Of a DNA stretch of 64,000 nt, positions 14,416 through 28,651 are shown piece after piece (positions within the stretch are counted from its first letter, which is position 1; the number at the start of each line of letters is the position of its first letter). The stretch covers positions 12,152,001 to 12,216,000 of the forward strand of contig OZ024754.1 of the NCBI GenBank assembly GCA_964016885.1. Direction: 5' to 3'. The DNA is from Eledone cirrhosa (Eukaryota). Under the pieces are notes generated by a model that saw only the letters and a program-made list of their open reading frames with translations, did no database searches and had not been told where the DNA came from. A program made the position numbers and the translations under genes.

Positions 14416-14550
14416 AGAATTAGCCGTCGAAACGGCTTGAGCTCAGCCGTCGGGGTCTTACTTGTTCCTATTACCCACTCTACTACCCTAAGTATTGAGT
14501 ACTTTGGTGCGTTATGGTCCACCTGGTTCCTTACCACATTTCCTTCGTTA
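14416..14550 (+). mobile_element. Family B single arm plus tail
   Basis: agaattagccgtcgaaacggcttgagctcagccgtcgggg...ccttcgtta. Confidence 0.8.
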
Positions 14551-15118
14551 TATATATATATGTATATATATATGTATGTATGTAAGTATATATATACAGT
14601 CGTCATTACAATGACGTAGATACACGCTATATACACTCGCCAGTACAATGCTGTAGACACACGCTATCTCTTCCATCAAACACCATTGAACTGGAAATTA
14701 TACCAAAGAGGGTAATTAATTTCATGATATTGTAACATACTTGATTTCTTTGAAGGTAAATTAAAGATCAACATCTTCTCTTTTATCATCATCACCATCA
14801 CCATCATCATCATCATCACCTTCACCATCACCATCACCATCACCATCACCACCACCATCACCACCATCATCACCATCATCACCATCATCACCACCATCAT
14901 CACCATCACCATCACCATCACCATCACCATCATCACCACCATCACCATCATCACCAACATCATCACCATCATCACCATCATCACCACCATCATCACCATC
15001 ACCATCACCACCACCATCACCACCATCATCACCATCATCACCATCATCACCATCACCATCATCATGACCGTCATTGTCGAGTTATTGTCAGCGTGGGAAT
15101 AATCACCATCACCACCAC

Positions 15119-15159
<41 letters not shown>

Positions 15160-15734
15160 CCACCACCACCACCACCAGCACCACCACCACCACCATCATC
15201 ACAATGCAGTTATTAATAAGAAGAGTTGAAATTAATGCATGCAAGATTTCACAGCCCTAGCATCACTCCTTCATAGTCAGCCTATGAACATTTCAGTCCA
15301 CCCTCGTATGTGTTTGTGTGAAGTGACATCGGATAAATTAACCTTATCAGTAAATTGTTTTCCATATCAAACTATTCGCCAACACTACACCTAATATCCC
15401 CCCTCCATACACATGCACACATGTATATCATGACTCATACACTGTTCACTTCCCTGACATTTGTATATTATTCTATGTGCTATACATGCACTTTTGATGA
15501 GTTGTACTGCACCTGAGCACTGTACACAATAATTTCATTATTATTATTATTAACATTTTTATTTCCTTTCATTAGGAAATATTTCCTTTCATTCTGAGAT
15601 ACGGCCCTTGCCATTCTGAGTTCAAATCCCGCCGAGGTTAACTTTGCCTTTCATCCTTACGGGGTCGATAAAATAAAGTACCAGTAATGTACTGGGTAAT
15701 TGCGGCCTTGTGCCTAAAATAGAAACAATTATTG

Positions 15735-16371
15735 TTTCTGAGATATATCCCGAGTGTCTTCCTGACACCTAGGGAAAATAAATTCACGCATTGGTAAGCC
15801 AGTTAATACAGCACATTGATTATAGTAAAAAAACAAAACAAACAAAAAACAGTATACATATATACACATGTGCATATGCATATGTAAATACAAGGAGGGA
15901 TATCAATCTTACAGAGATAGTGCTCTTCTCAATACGTGTGCAGTACCAGTCAAAACAATTTTTTGCACCTCGTGCAGAGAGGGTAAACCATGAATCATTC
16001 GCAAATATTGTTCTGTTCCTTTCTTGATCATTCCCAGTCCTCCCACAATTACTGGTATCGTAACGGCCTTGAGGTGCCACATTTTCTCAATTTCAATGAG
16101 CAGATCTTTATATTTTCGTAGCTTGTCAAATTCTTTTGCCGCGATATTGTGATCACATGGGATGCTCATATCTATCAACAAACATACCTTGTTATGTTGA
16201 TCTTTTATAATGATGTCAGGTCTATTAGCTTTTATGGTCCTGTCAGTATGTACTGGAAAGTCCCAGAGAATTGTTACTTTTTCTCCTTCAGTTACAACCT
16301 CAGGGTGATGGTTGTACCACTTGTCTTCAGCTTTGATTTTGTAATGCCGACACTGGGTAATATGTCGGCAT
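15735..16371 (-). mobile_element. R4/Dong-like LINE 3' fragment, different family
   Basis: ILWDFPVHTDRTIKANRPDII...LIDMSIP...KLRKYKDL...IPVIVGGLG, an RLE domain. Confidence 0.85.
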
Positions 16372-16639
16372 TATTATTGGATTGGCAGTATCGGTAGAGG
16401 GTCGGACGCCATGCATTGCAGCAAAGAGTTACGGCCCTTTATGGTCTGAGTTCAAATCCCGCCGAGGTTAACTTTGCCTTTCAGCCTTACGGGGGTCGAT
16501 AAAATAAAGTACCAGTAATGTACTGGGAAATTGCTGGCCTCGTGCCAAAAGTAGAAACTATTATTATTATTAATATTATCATTATCATTATTATTATTAA
16601 TGTCTACTTTATGTAAACCCTTGTGGTTAATAAAGAAAA

Positions 16640-16681
<42 letters not shown>

Positions 16682-17879
16682 TTATATATTATTCAAGTCT
16701 TTAGATGGCGTTAACTGGAAACAAAATCGTGTTCAACTTTGCTTTTCATCTTTCTGGGGTCGATAGAATAAAGAACCTATCAAGTATTGGGGATAATTTA
16801 GTCGATTTTTCCCTTCCCGCAAATTACTGACCATGTACCAAAAGTAGAAAGCTTGCCGCAAAGTGTTTTGTGTGGCACTCTACCGACTTTGCCAATCCAC
16901 TACCCTCTCTTCCATGGTTATAATTGTTTCCGATTTAGGCACAAGGCTAACAATTTTGGGGGATGGGAAAGTCTACTAAATCGGCCCCAATGCGTTACTA
17001 GTTCTTTAATTTATTGACTCTGTAAAGATGAAAGGCAAAGCTAAGCTCGGCGGGATTTGAATTCAGAACGTAACGGGCCGTAACTACGTTCCGAAAAGCA
17101 TGTTGTCCGACGTTGTAACGACTCTACCCACCCGCCACCCTCTGCTATGGTTATAATAGGTTCTTCCATAGGCACAAGGCCAGCAATTTTGGAGGAGGGG
17201 GAAGGTCGATTAAATCGATCCCACTGCGTGACTCGTACTTTATTTTATCGACCCCGTAACGACGAAAGGCAAAGTTAACCTCGGCGGGATTTGAACTCAG
17301 ACCGTAAAGAGGCGTAACTCTATGCTGCAAAGCATGGCGCCCGACTCTCTACCGATACTGCCAATAGTTATAATGATAGTAGAAAAATGTAGTTACATAT
17401 ATATTTTTTTTTCCATTTCTCCACGATCAGAATTCAATTTTTGCTCAGATGCTTTCTGAGTCTGTCAAACATCAAAGATATCTTGATATAAATTGCCTTA
17501 GGTCTATATGACAAGGGAAGAATAACAAGTGACGAATTTAATCTTTATTGAATTCTTTAACGCTTCAAGTGGCTATAAGGAATAGTCACCACAACCAAGA
17601 CCATATTGGAGTGCTAGCTACACAGTGGGGATAAAATTAATTCTATCTTCTTTTTCAAAAGAATTAGACAGCTCCGAATAAAAGATGGTATAAGAGCTCA
17701 TTAATATTTAAAAATAAAACACGGAATTACAGAAAACACAATTCTATTGAGATACAGAGAGAGAGAGAGAGGGGGATGGGAGAGAGAGAGAGAGAGAGTG
17801 TGTGTGTGTGTGTATATGTGTGAGTATATATGTGTGTGTGTATGAGAAAGATATGATATGCCGTGAGCTGATTATTGCA

Positions 17880-18152
17880 TACTCTGGAGTATAGGTATAA
17901 AAAAGAAGTAGAAATCTTCTTATTTTTATTCATGTAGCAATTTTCTTTTCAGTTAATAGCTGTCTGATGATGTCATAACTGTTACATAACAGTTATCATC
18001 CAAATATGTATAACAGCGATTGTGTAACAAATAAATGGGGTAAATTCTAACCTGTTGACTTCTACTTCATTATTATACCTATACCCCGGAGTATGCAGGC
18101 CTACTTCGTCGAGTGCGCTATCCTGCGTACACCAACACATCTTATACCTAGA
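17880..18152. mobile_element. Fold-back element with a degenerate HHR (17959-18017 +)
   Basis: gctgt-CTGATGA-...ataactgtt/aacagttat...-cAAAT-atgt-ATA-acagc, with G12 changed to C. Inverted ends tgcatactctggagtataggtataa and ttatacctataccccggagtatgca. Confidence 0.6.
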
Positions 18153-18225
18153 CTATATATATAGTGAGAGCTCGCTGAAATAAATTCGGGTGACTTTCTG
18201 AAACTGTATGTATGTATATATATAG

Positions 18226-18323
<98 letters not shown>

Positions 18324-18377
18324 ATATATTTGCGGTTGATGCAACAGGTACTAGCAGGGGAACCTTATGCTAGTCCC

Positions 18378-18412
<35 letters not shown>

Positions 18413-18597
18413 ATACTTGGGCAGGGTCATATTGTTATAATATTGCCAGAAATAATAACAGAACACACTCACTGTTTGGTTGGTTTGGGCTTCTGTATCT
18501 TTTATATCTTCATAATTAATTTATTTGGCAATGAATGTTTATCATTGATTGACCAACGGTTAAAAACGCAGATTTAAAAAAAAAAATATATATATCT

Positions 18598-19056
18598 ATT
18601 TCGTTTCTGAATTTGTTTAGCAAGATTCTTTATCTGAAATCGTGTGTTGAAACCGATATTGTTATACTTTGGGAGGGTCATGTTGCCAATAAGAAACACA
18701 CGCACCAGTTGCTTTCACTTCAATTTATTATATATTTATAAATTTACAAATTTATAAATTTATAAATTTCTGGTTGGTTGGTTCCACAACCAGATAGTTG
18801 TTTATATATAGTCATAGTCCTTTCGTCACACACTCTGTGACATCTTCAGTGACTGGGGATTCCTTTCTTTGTTTCTGTGCCTCTCCTTTCTCTGTCCTAC
18901 GCCATTTTGTTTCTGTGTGTGCTCAGTTTGCGCCACAACCAACCAGAAATTTATAAATTTATAAATTTGTAAATTTATAAATATATAATAAATTGAAGTG
19001 AAAGCAACTGGTGCGTGTGTTTCTTATTGGCAACATGACCCTACCAAAGTATAACA

Positions 19057-19060
<4 letters not shown>
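18598..19060. mobile_element. Family D fold-back with HHR at 18810-18854 (-)
   Basis: agtca-CTGAAGA-t-gtcaca-gagtg-tgtgac-GAAAG-ga-CTA-tgact. Arms ~18657-18780 and ~18937-19060. Confidence 0.8.
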
Positions 19061-19087
<27 letters not shown>

Positions 19088-20437
19088 GTCTATCAAAGTT
19101 CTTTCGTCGCACATCTGCGACATCATCAGTGGTACTATTATGTTTCCCCCCATTGTATTGTAATGTCTACGCCATTTTTATTTCATTAATTTATTTATTT
19201 CTTCTTGTCTCTGTCTCTGCGCATGCGTTTGCGTGTGTGTATAATATTTGGTGTGTGTGTTCGCGTTTGAGTGTATCTGTTTTTGTTTTCGTATTCTATC
19301 TTTGTTCACTAGTGTGTGTTTATACGTGTTTGTTGTTTTGTGCTTGTGTATATATTTATTTATTTATTTATATTTCCCTTAAGTCAGTATTGTTTGTTTG
19401 GGTATGGTTGTTGTTATTCCATTCGTTTTTTCTGTTCAACTTCGGTCTTCTTAGTTCTATCTCAGATGCTTCTCTGATTTGCCTACCTGTTGAGTCATTT
19501 CTATGCTTAGATATTATTTTAATTTCTATGTTGCCTATGTTACCGTCATGTCTTTGTCTTGTGTTTTCATATAGTACTGAACCGTTTTTCTTGTCCTTTT
19601 AGCTCCCCCCAGTGTTGGTCTATTCTTTCTCCTATGCTTCGAGCTGTCTCACCTATGTATGTCGTTGTCATGTTTCTGCAAGTACGCTCTGTACATCTTA
19701 TGCTACAGACTACATTTATAGTTTTACAATTTATCTGGGGGTTCATTCTACATATAACACATTTCTTATTCGTAAAGTGGGTTTTCTTAAAAGGGTATGT
19801 CTTGCTGATCAGGGATTTTATGGTAGTTCCTGGTTTTTCTACCACTTTAATCTTTAGATGGGTCTTTCTTAGGGCTTTTCTACATTGCTTAGCTAATTTT
19901 CCTCCAGGGGTAGCATCCACGAACATGACACTCTGGTATCTCTGGTTGTCGTACCATGAAGTGGCTTACCCTATCTTATGTTTAGTCCTATCTAAGTTAT
20001 TCCATGGTTTGCTCCTGTATAATGGGCAAATTCCTTTCATGTCCAGTTCTATGAGGGTCTTATATTTCTCCATGGCTCCTTTGTATACTCTGATTCTCTC
20101 TATTTGGTTTAGCCAGAGAACTGCATGCGGTTGATGAAGTGTTGGATGTGTCATTCCAGTTCAGTTGGGTCGCACATACGGGACACATTCTTCATCACTC
20201 TTACCAAGTCTACGATCAGAATATTAAACTTAGCACTACTGGACATTGCTAAGTTTTTGAGTATCAGATATTTGGAGGCCATGGGTTTAGCATAGTGTGA
20301 GTGGAGAATTTCTATTGTGTTTATCCAGAGTTCCGTGTCTACTACTGTTAAAACAAAAACTCATACACTCAAACGCGAACACTCACACCAAACATTATAC
20401 ACACACGCAAACGCATGCGCAGTGACAGAGACAAGAA

Positions 20438-20496
<59 letters not shown>

Positions 20497-20572
20497 AATA
20501 AAAATGGCGTAGACATTACAATACAATGGGAGGAATAGTACCACTGGTGATGTCGCGACGAAAGAACTTTGG
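19088..20572 (-). mobile_element. 5'-truncated Penelope-like element (RT thumb plus GIY-YIG, frameshifted) with a 3' pLTR and an inverted 5' pLTR copy
   Basis: Minus strand gives DTELW...HYAKPMAS (~20270-20345) and FVDATPGGKL...VVEKPG...CVIC...C...YIGETARSIGERIDQH (19567-19926). Segment 20346-20572 is an inverted copy of ~19095-19290. Confidence 0.88.
19091..19134 (-). ncRNA. Minimal type I hammerhead ribozyme (family D-related) at the PLE 3' end
   Basis: tacca-CTGATGA-t-gtcgca-gatg-tgcgac-GAAAG-aa-CTT-tgata. Confidence 0.7.
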
Positions 20573-20625
20573 AATTCATTTCTGGCGGGGATCATGGTAG
20601 AAAAAACTTAGTCTAGTCTGAGGTA

Positions 20626-20708
20626 TCTCCTGATGAGTTCCAAGCCTCGTGGATATATCCAAGATCGGGTATATCAGAAAAGTGGAACGAAACCGCCGGT
20701 GGTCGGGA
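20626..20708 (+). ncRNA. Type I hammerhead ribozyme with canonical core
   Basis: tctc-CTGATGA-gttcca...tggaac-GAAA-ccgccggtg-GTC-ggga. Stem II GTTCCA/TGGAAC, near-palindromic stem III, GUC cleavage triplet. Confidence 0.8.
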
Positions 20709-21008
20709 CTAGAGGAATTTTGGTAAAGTTTATGTGCATTTTTTTCTTCAAACTTCTATTTTGTACCTAATTCTGTGTAGTTAACTATTTGTCTAGTCAA
20801 TTTCTACAGGCTAAAATAAATAATTAGATAAATGTCATATGGCTGTACATCGCGGAAGATAGTCTGTATCATTTGTCTATTATTTCTTCATAATTACATT
20901 TTAAACTTATAGCCTCGTTTAAATGATTTTTTATGTGGTTGATTTATACTGATTGGGAGAGGAAATACTATATACATTTTATCTAATAGTTCTTCAGACT
21001 TGCAATGT

Positions 21009-21093
<85 letters not shown>

Positions 21094-21341
21094 CATATAT
21101 ATACATATATATCTGTATTTTTAATCGTTGGTCAATCAATGATAAACATTGATTGCCAAATAAATTAACTATGGAGATATAAAAGATACAGAAGCAAAAA
21201 CCAGCCCAAACCAAACAGTGTGTTCTGTTATTATTTCTAGCAATATTATAACAATATGACTCTCCCCAAGTATAACAATATTTGTTTCGACACACGATTT
21301 CATATCAAAAATCTTGCAAAACAAATATATATATTTATATA

Positions 21342-21517
21342 TAACGAAGGAAGTGTGGTAAGGAACCAGATGGGCCATAACGCACCAAAGTACTCAATAC
21401 TTAGAGTAGTAGAGTGGGTAATAGGAAAATGTTTAACCCCGAGGGCAGAGCTCAAGCCGTTTCGACGGCTATTTCTGTCGAAACGGCTTGAGCTCTGCCG
21501 TCGGGGTTAAACATTTT

Positions 21518-21519
<2 letters not shown>
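21342..21519. mobile_element. Family B fold-back element
   Basis: Tail plus palindrome with a very short loop, followed by (TA)n. Confidence 0.8.
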
Positions 21520-21599
<80 letters not shown>

Positions 21600-22048
21600 T
21601 GTATATATAGTGTATTTTGCAATACACTGTATGCTTAATTAAAAGCATTTCGAAGACCTTATGCTAATGTTTTATAGTAGTGACAGTCTCATTTACTTTA
21701 AATTTTCAGCAAACAGGGGAGATAAAGCTGACAGCGCTATGTTTCGTACTGATTGGTACTTATCAAAGCCAAGTACTCCACCTGTTTGCTGAAAATCATG
21801 AATGTTTGATTCTTATAGAATTCCAGTAATAATCAGGAACTGATTATACAGAGCGGTTGCCGGTCAAGCAGAAATCGAAAATTAGAATTGGCGCTCTGAA
21901 ATAGCTATATATATATGAATGTATATACAGTGTATTTTGCAATACACCGTATGCTGAATTAAAAGCAATTGGCTATATATGTAAACTTCCCCCTTTGTAT
22001 TTGTCCCCTTCTTTTGTGCCCCTGTGGCTAATAAAGAAATATATCTAT

Positions 22049-22089
<41 letters not shown>

Positions 22090-22149
22090 AATATACACAT
22101 GTGTATGTATGTGTAAGTAAGCGGAAATAAGTGTCGGTTCTCCGGAAGT

Positions 22150-23152
22150 TTATCCCCATCTCCATCTCTCCTCTCTCTTTCTCTTTCTCTCCATCTCTTC
22201 CTTGCTGTATCTCTCTCTCTCTCTCGTCCCTCCTCTCTCTCCTCCTCGTTCTCTTTCTACCCCCTCTCTCTCCTCTCCCTCTCATTCCCTCCTCTCTCTC
22301 CCCCCTCTCTCTATATATATATCCCCCTTTATCTCTCCCCCTCTCTCTATATATATCTATATCCCCCCCTATATCTCTTCCTCCTCTCTCTCTCCATCTC
22401 CTCGTTCTCTTTCTATCCCCTCTCTCCCCCCTCTATATATATCCTCCCTCTCTCTCTATATATACCCCTTCTCTCTCTTCCCCTCCCCTCTCATCTCCTC
22501 TCCCCCTCTCTCAATATATCTATCCCCCTCCCCTCTCTCTCTATATATATCCCCCCGCTCTCTATATATATATCCCCCCTCTCTCTCTATATATATACCC
22601 CCCTATATATATATCCCCCTTCCCGTCTCTCTATATATATCCCCCCTCTCTCTATATGTATATCCCCCCTCTCTCTCTATATATATACCCCCCCTATATA
22701 TATCAACCTCCCCGTCTCTCTATATATATCCCCACTCTCTCTCTATATATATCCCCCTCCCCGTCTCTCTATATCTATCCCCCTCCCCTCTCTCTATATA
22801 TATCCCCCCTCTTTCTATATATATATACCCCCCCTATATATATCAACCTCCCCGTCTCTCTATATATATCCCCCCTCTCTCTCTCTATATATATATATCC
22901 CCTTCCTCCTCTCCGCCCCCTCTCCCTCTCCAATCCCGACTCTCAGCAAGCTGCTAGTTCCAATTATCAAGATTATCTGTAAATGTCTGTCTAATGTCAC
23001 AACCACAGTTGCTTCCATTATTGATGAACCAACAATAAATCAACAGCAACTCCATTCAATCTTGGAGGAGACAAAGGATTCCACGGTCACATGACCGACC
23101 AACTTTTATATACCTTCGCTTAATTCTTAATATAGCCCTTTCATTCCTTATT

Positions 23153-23208
<56 letters not shown>

Positions 23209-23266
23209 TCCTTCCTCCCTCTTTCTTTCTTTATTCCTTTCTCTCCTTTCGTTCTTTCTTTTTGTC

Positions 23267-23304
<38 letters not shown>

Positions 23305-23896
23305 CACTTCTCGTTCTTTCTCTCTTTTCGTTCTTTCTTTTATTCTTTCTTTTCGTCCTCTCTCTCTTTTTATCCTTCCTTTCTTTCTTTCTTTCTCACT
23401 TCTCGTTCTTTCTCGCTTTTCGTTCTTTCTTTTATTCTTTCTTTTCGTCCTCTCTCTCTTTTTATCCTTCCTTTCTTTCTTTCTTTCTTTCTTTCTCACT
23501 TCTCGTTCTTTCTCGCTTTTCGTTCTTTCTTTTATTCTTTCTTTTCGTCCTCTCTCTCTTTTTATCCTTCCTTTCTTTCTTTCTTTCTTTCTTTCTCACT
23601 TCTTGTTCTTTCTCTCTTTTCGTTCTTTCTTTTATTCTTTCTTTTCGTCCTCTCTCTCTTTTTATCCTTTCTTTCTTTCTTTCTCACTTCTCGTTCTTTC
23701 TCTCTTTTCGTTCTTTCTTTTATTCTTTCTTTTCGTCCTCTCTCTCTTTTTATCCTTTCTTTCTTTCTCATTTTTCCTTCTTTCTCTCTTTTCGTTCTTT
23801 CTTTCTTTCTTTCTTCTTCCTTCTCTCTCTCCCCACCTCTCGTTCTCTCTTTTCTTTCTTTCTTTCTTTCTTTCTTTTCGTACTTTCTCTCTTCGT

Positions 23897-23942
<46 letters not shown>

Positions 23943-24036
23943 TTTCTTCTTCCTTCTCTCTCTCTTATCTTTCTTTCTTTCTTTCTTTCTTTCTCCCTTT
24001 TCGTACTTTCTCTCTTTTTGTTCTTTTTTCTTTTTT

Positions 24037-24081
<45 letters not shown>

Positions 24082-24100
24082 TCCCCCCCTCTCTCTCCCA

Positions 24101-24149
<49 letters not shown>

Positions 24150-24200
24150 CCCTTTCGTTCTTTATTTCTCCTTCCTTCTTTCTCTCTTTTTCTTTCTTTC
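22150..24200. repeat. Polypyrimidine low-complexity tracts (CT/TA mix, then TTTC) around a small unique island at ~22940-23140
   Basis: Direct inspection. Confidence 0.95.
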
Positions 24201-24599
24201 CTTTCCCCCGACTTTATTCTCGAAATTACAAAATGACCATAATATAAGACTTATAAGACGAAGAAGACATTTGAAAGAGGTGGTGGTGGTGGTGGTGGTG
24301 GTGGTGGTGGTTGATAAGGTAATTTTAATGACCCAGTCTCCCTCCCTTCGCCCCACCCACCCGCCGCCATCATTCTAAGACGGTGGCAAACCCAATGCCA
24401 TAACAGCAAACATGCTGGCGAAGACATAAAATTCCTTATTGTAAATTACGAACCGAAGTTGAACCATAAATTAAATGGCGATTCGCCATGGTAAGGTGGT
24501 ATTAAAATCTGACGCTAAGAAGTGGTTAGTGCCTAATGTAATAGATCATGGCTCTTGGTAGAAAGGGGGAGGAAGGGTAATGTAAGCGAGAATGGTTAG

Positions 24600-24669
<70 letters not shown>

Positions 24670-24699
24670 AGAGAGAGGGTTAATTAGCGTCACCTTACA

Positions 24700-24769
<70 letters not shown>

Positions 24770-24864
24770 ATATATACATATATATGTGTGTGTATATATG
24801 TGTATATATATATATATATGTATGTATATATGTGTACATGTATATATATGTATATATGTATGTA

Positions 24865-24920
<56 letters not shown>

Positions 24921-25224
24921 TCTATATATACTGTATATACATACATACATGTAAGTATATATGTATATATATGTATATATATATATTTTTATATATATAT
25001 ATGTATATATATATATGTCTATATATATATATAAATGTATACAAATATATATATATATATGTATATATATATTATGTATATATATATATATATATGTATA
25101 TACATATATTAATAAAAGTATATGTATATATGTATATAAGTATATACACATATATATATATATGTGTGTGTGTGTATATATATATATACATTTACATATA
25201 AGTATGTATATACCTATCTATATA

Positions 25225-25275
<51 letters not shown>

Positions 25276-25378
25276 GTATACAAATCTATATATACATATA
25301 TGTATATACATATATTAATAAAAGTATGTGTATATATGTATATAAGTATATACACACATATATATATGTGTGTGTGTA

Positions 25379-25434
<56 letters not shown>

Positions 25435-25671
25435 ATATATACATTTACATATAAGTATGTATATACCTATCTATATACCTATATATATATATATATATAT
25501 ACACTGACAGACACACACAAACATTATAAATCTATATGATGTTCAAATGTATAACTATATATAATTGTGTACGTAATGTGTTGTATATTAGGAGATCTGT
25601 ATATTCCTCTCTCTCTCCCTCTCTCTCTCTCTCACCCTCCCCTCTCTCACTCACTCTGTGCCCATATTTAA

Positions 25672-25734
<63 letters not shown>

Positions 25735-25735
<1 letters not shown>

Positions 25736-26037
25736 GAGGTAAATATCTCACTGAGTACTAAGTACCCATAGAGATATATAGGGTGTCTATAATATAATTG
25801 TTGTTCTATGGTACTAATTAGAGATACCAGAACTATAAAAATTGATGAGCAGAACAAACAAACATTAAACAATTCTTTAAATAAATTAAAAAATGATTTA
25901 AATATCTACCTGTTCGCAATGCTATTACCGGCGGTTTCCATTTACAAAAGGTTAGAAATTCAGAGAATTTCTAACGGGAAAGTAAATTTCATCTTATTTA
26001 AAGAATTGTTTAATGTTTGTTTGTTCTGCTCATCTCA

Positions 26038-26042
<5 letters not shown>
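25735..26042. repeat. Fold-back element in (TA)n
   Basis: Arms gatgagcagaacaaacaaacattaaacaattctttaaataa (~25843) and its reverse complement (~25994-26034). Tail on the left. Confidence 0.7.
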
Positions 26043-26135
<93 letters not shown>

Positions 26136-26570
26136 TAAACGGAATAGAAAATGCTGACAAATTGTTCACAGTTGAAAAATGGTTTAATTAGGAATAAAAG
26201 AGTATTAGTGATTGTATGGGTTAGTATTCAGTTGTGGTTTTAAGTTTTTAAGTTTTTACCGGTTGCGCATTTCTAAATGCTTTTCAAAAATAATTTTGAG
26301 ATAGAGTGTCCGTGTTGTTTGCTCTGATCTGATTAGTTTTGGGAATTCTACCTGTTTTTATGTTAAAAAAGTGGCTCCAGCGTTACTTTGGTGTTGCAAA
26401 AATTCTTGTGGTCAAAACAATTTTGATTGGTTGGTAGAGGTCATGTGAATGTAAAAAATTGATTTTGTGCCAAGACTGTTTTTATGTTAAAAAAGTGGCT
26501 CCAGCGCTACTTGGTGTTTGCAAAAATTATTGTGGTCAAAATAATTTTGATTGGTCGGTAGAGGTCATGT

Positions 26571-26632
<62 letters not shown>

Positions 26633-26662
26633 GTAATATATATATATATATATATATATGTA

Positions 26663-26741
<79 letters not shown>

Positions 26742-26770
26742 AGAAATATATATATGAAAAGCTGGCTTAC

Positions 26771-26826
26771 CTCACAACAATGTTGCATATCTATGATATA
26801 AGATTGTTGCATAGTGACCAGCGAAA
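26771..26826 (-). CDS. Candidate isolated exon of an unidentified gene (xSLVTMQQSYIIDMQHCCE)
   Basis: Pyrimidine-rich tract ending actacAG, strong donor GAG|GTAAGC, one open frame, unique sequence between microsatellites. No homology recognised. Confidence 0.3.
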
Positions 26827-26897
26827 CTGTAGTCGGGACATTGAAGAAAAAATAGGTATATATCTGTGTCTATTATTTCCTCTTACTTTATAATTTG

Positions 26898-26987
<90 letters not shown>

Positions 26988-27409
26988 ACACACACACTCA
27001 CTCACTCACTCACTCACTCACTCACTCACTCACTCACTCACTCACTCACTCACTCACTCACTCACTCACACACACACACACACACACGCACACACACACA
27101 CACGCACACACACACACACTCACACACACACACACGCACATATATATATAGTAAGGTGTATTATTGGTTGTTGTCATACGGTCCAATAAACTTTTGTTAG
27201 CAATATTAAGTTCTCCACGCTTTTGTATATCTCCAATTCCATTTATGGGAAGAGCTAGATGATGTAAAACGGAGTATTTGTATCAAAATAAAGACCCGAA
27301 GGCATGGTATAAATTTCCAATCATTTTAATCACGACACACTTAAGCGGATCTTCAGCTCGGACTGGTAATGGTGATACCAAACAGTATAACCGTATAACT
27401 ATTACCAGT

Positions 27410-27450
27410 CCGAGCTGAAGATCCGCTTAGGGTGAAACAATTGTTCTCGG
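27410..27450 (+). ncRNA. Minimal type I hammerhead ribozyme, in a partly inverted element at ~27150-27540
   Basis: ccgag-CTGAAGA-tccgcttagggt-GAAAC-aatt-GTT-ctcgg. An inverted partial copy lies at ~27342-27370. Confidence 0.8.
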
Positions 27451-27537
27451 TATGGTGAACTAACTGTTGTGACTACTTCTACCAAACTCGTCCCATGGAC
27501 ACTGAGTGCTCTACCACTACGGATATTACCTTCCAGT

Positions 27538-27605
<68 letters not shown>

Positions 27606-27607
<2 letters not shown>

Positions 27608-27797
27608 ACGAAGGAAATGTGGTAAGGAACCAGGTGGACCATAACGCACCAAAGTACTCAATACTTAGGGTAGTAGAGTGGGTAATAGGAACGAGTAGGA
27701 CCCCGACGGCTGAGCTCAAGCCGTTTCGACGGCTAATTCTAAGTCCAGAATTAGCCGTCGAAACGGCTTGAGCTCAGCCGTCGGGGTCTGACTCGTT

Positions 27798-27799
<2 letters not shown>
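27606..27799. mobile_element. Family B fold-back element
   Basis: Tail plus palindrome, embedded in (TA)n. Confidence 0.8.
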
Positions 27800-27867
<68 letters not shown>

Positions 27868-27884
27868 TATATATGTATATGTAT

Positions 27885-28144
27885 ATATAATTTAATATAT
27901 AAAGATAGATAAACACAGATATATACATATATGTGTTCAAATCACAAGGGACCTAAATCCTAAGAACTGATAGTTATCACGATTCGGTTTGTACTTTTTC
28001 TTAATTTATTCTTTTAATTGAGTCTGGCAAACCATATTGTTCATAGTTAGTATCCTAGTCACCCTAGCGAATCTGGTCCCTTATGATTTGAACACATATA
28101 TGTATATATCTGAGTTTACCTCTCTTTACTATATTAAATTATAT
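27885..28144. repeat. Fold-back element
   Basis: Inverted arms of about 70 bp: ...atatgtgttcaaatcacaagggacc and ggtcccttatgatttgaacacatat... Confidence 0.7.
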
Positions 28145-28605
28145 TATAAAGCTCAAAAATATTAGTTAATATAAATTAAAACAATCATATATAAATTAAC
28201 AATATAACTTACCAAAACGAGAAAAATATTTTGATGATAAACGACGAAATACAGGAGGAAGATTCGAAAGCGAAACGATAAATAAACGTGCAAACAAAGC
28301 GGCGGATGCTTTTGAGCAACAATTACTCTCATTGGTTGATTAGCCAATAAGACGATACATTACAAAAGATGTTTGGCAGGGATCACCACGGCCAGCGAAA
28401 CCCCTTGAATTTTTTATTCACAAGCTACGCATATATGTCAGAAACGCAGACTTAAAACATTCTGTTGTTAGTCACTGCGTGTCTAACATATATATATATA
28501 TATATATCACGAAAAAAGAGAATGGCACGATCTATGTGATGATCGAACCTGACTCTGAAAATCGCAAGGTCCTCAGATACGTCTTGATTCTACGAAGCAG
28601 ATTTT

Positions 28606-28645
<40 letters not shown>

Positions 28646-28651
28646 TATTTG

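Noticed and set aside
22945-23095. Protein-like open frame ([26 protein letters not shown]) on the plus strand
   Set aside because: Weak donor, no recognised homology and no partner exons.
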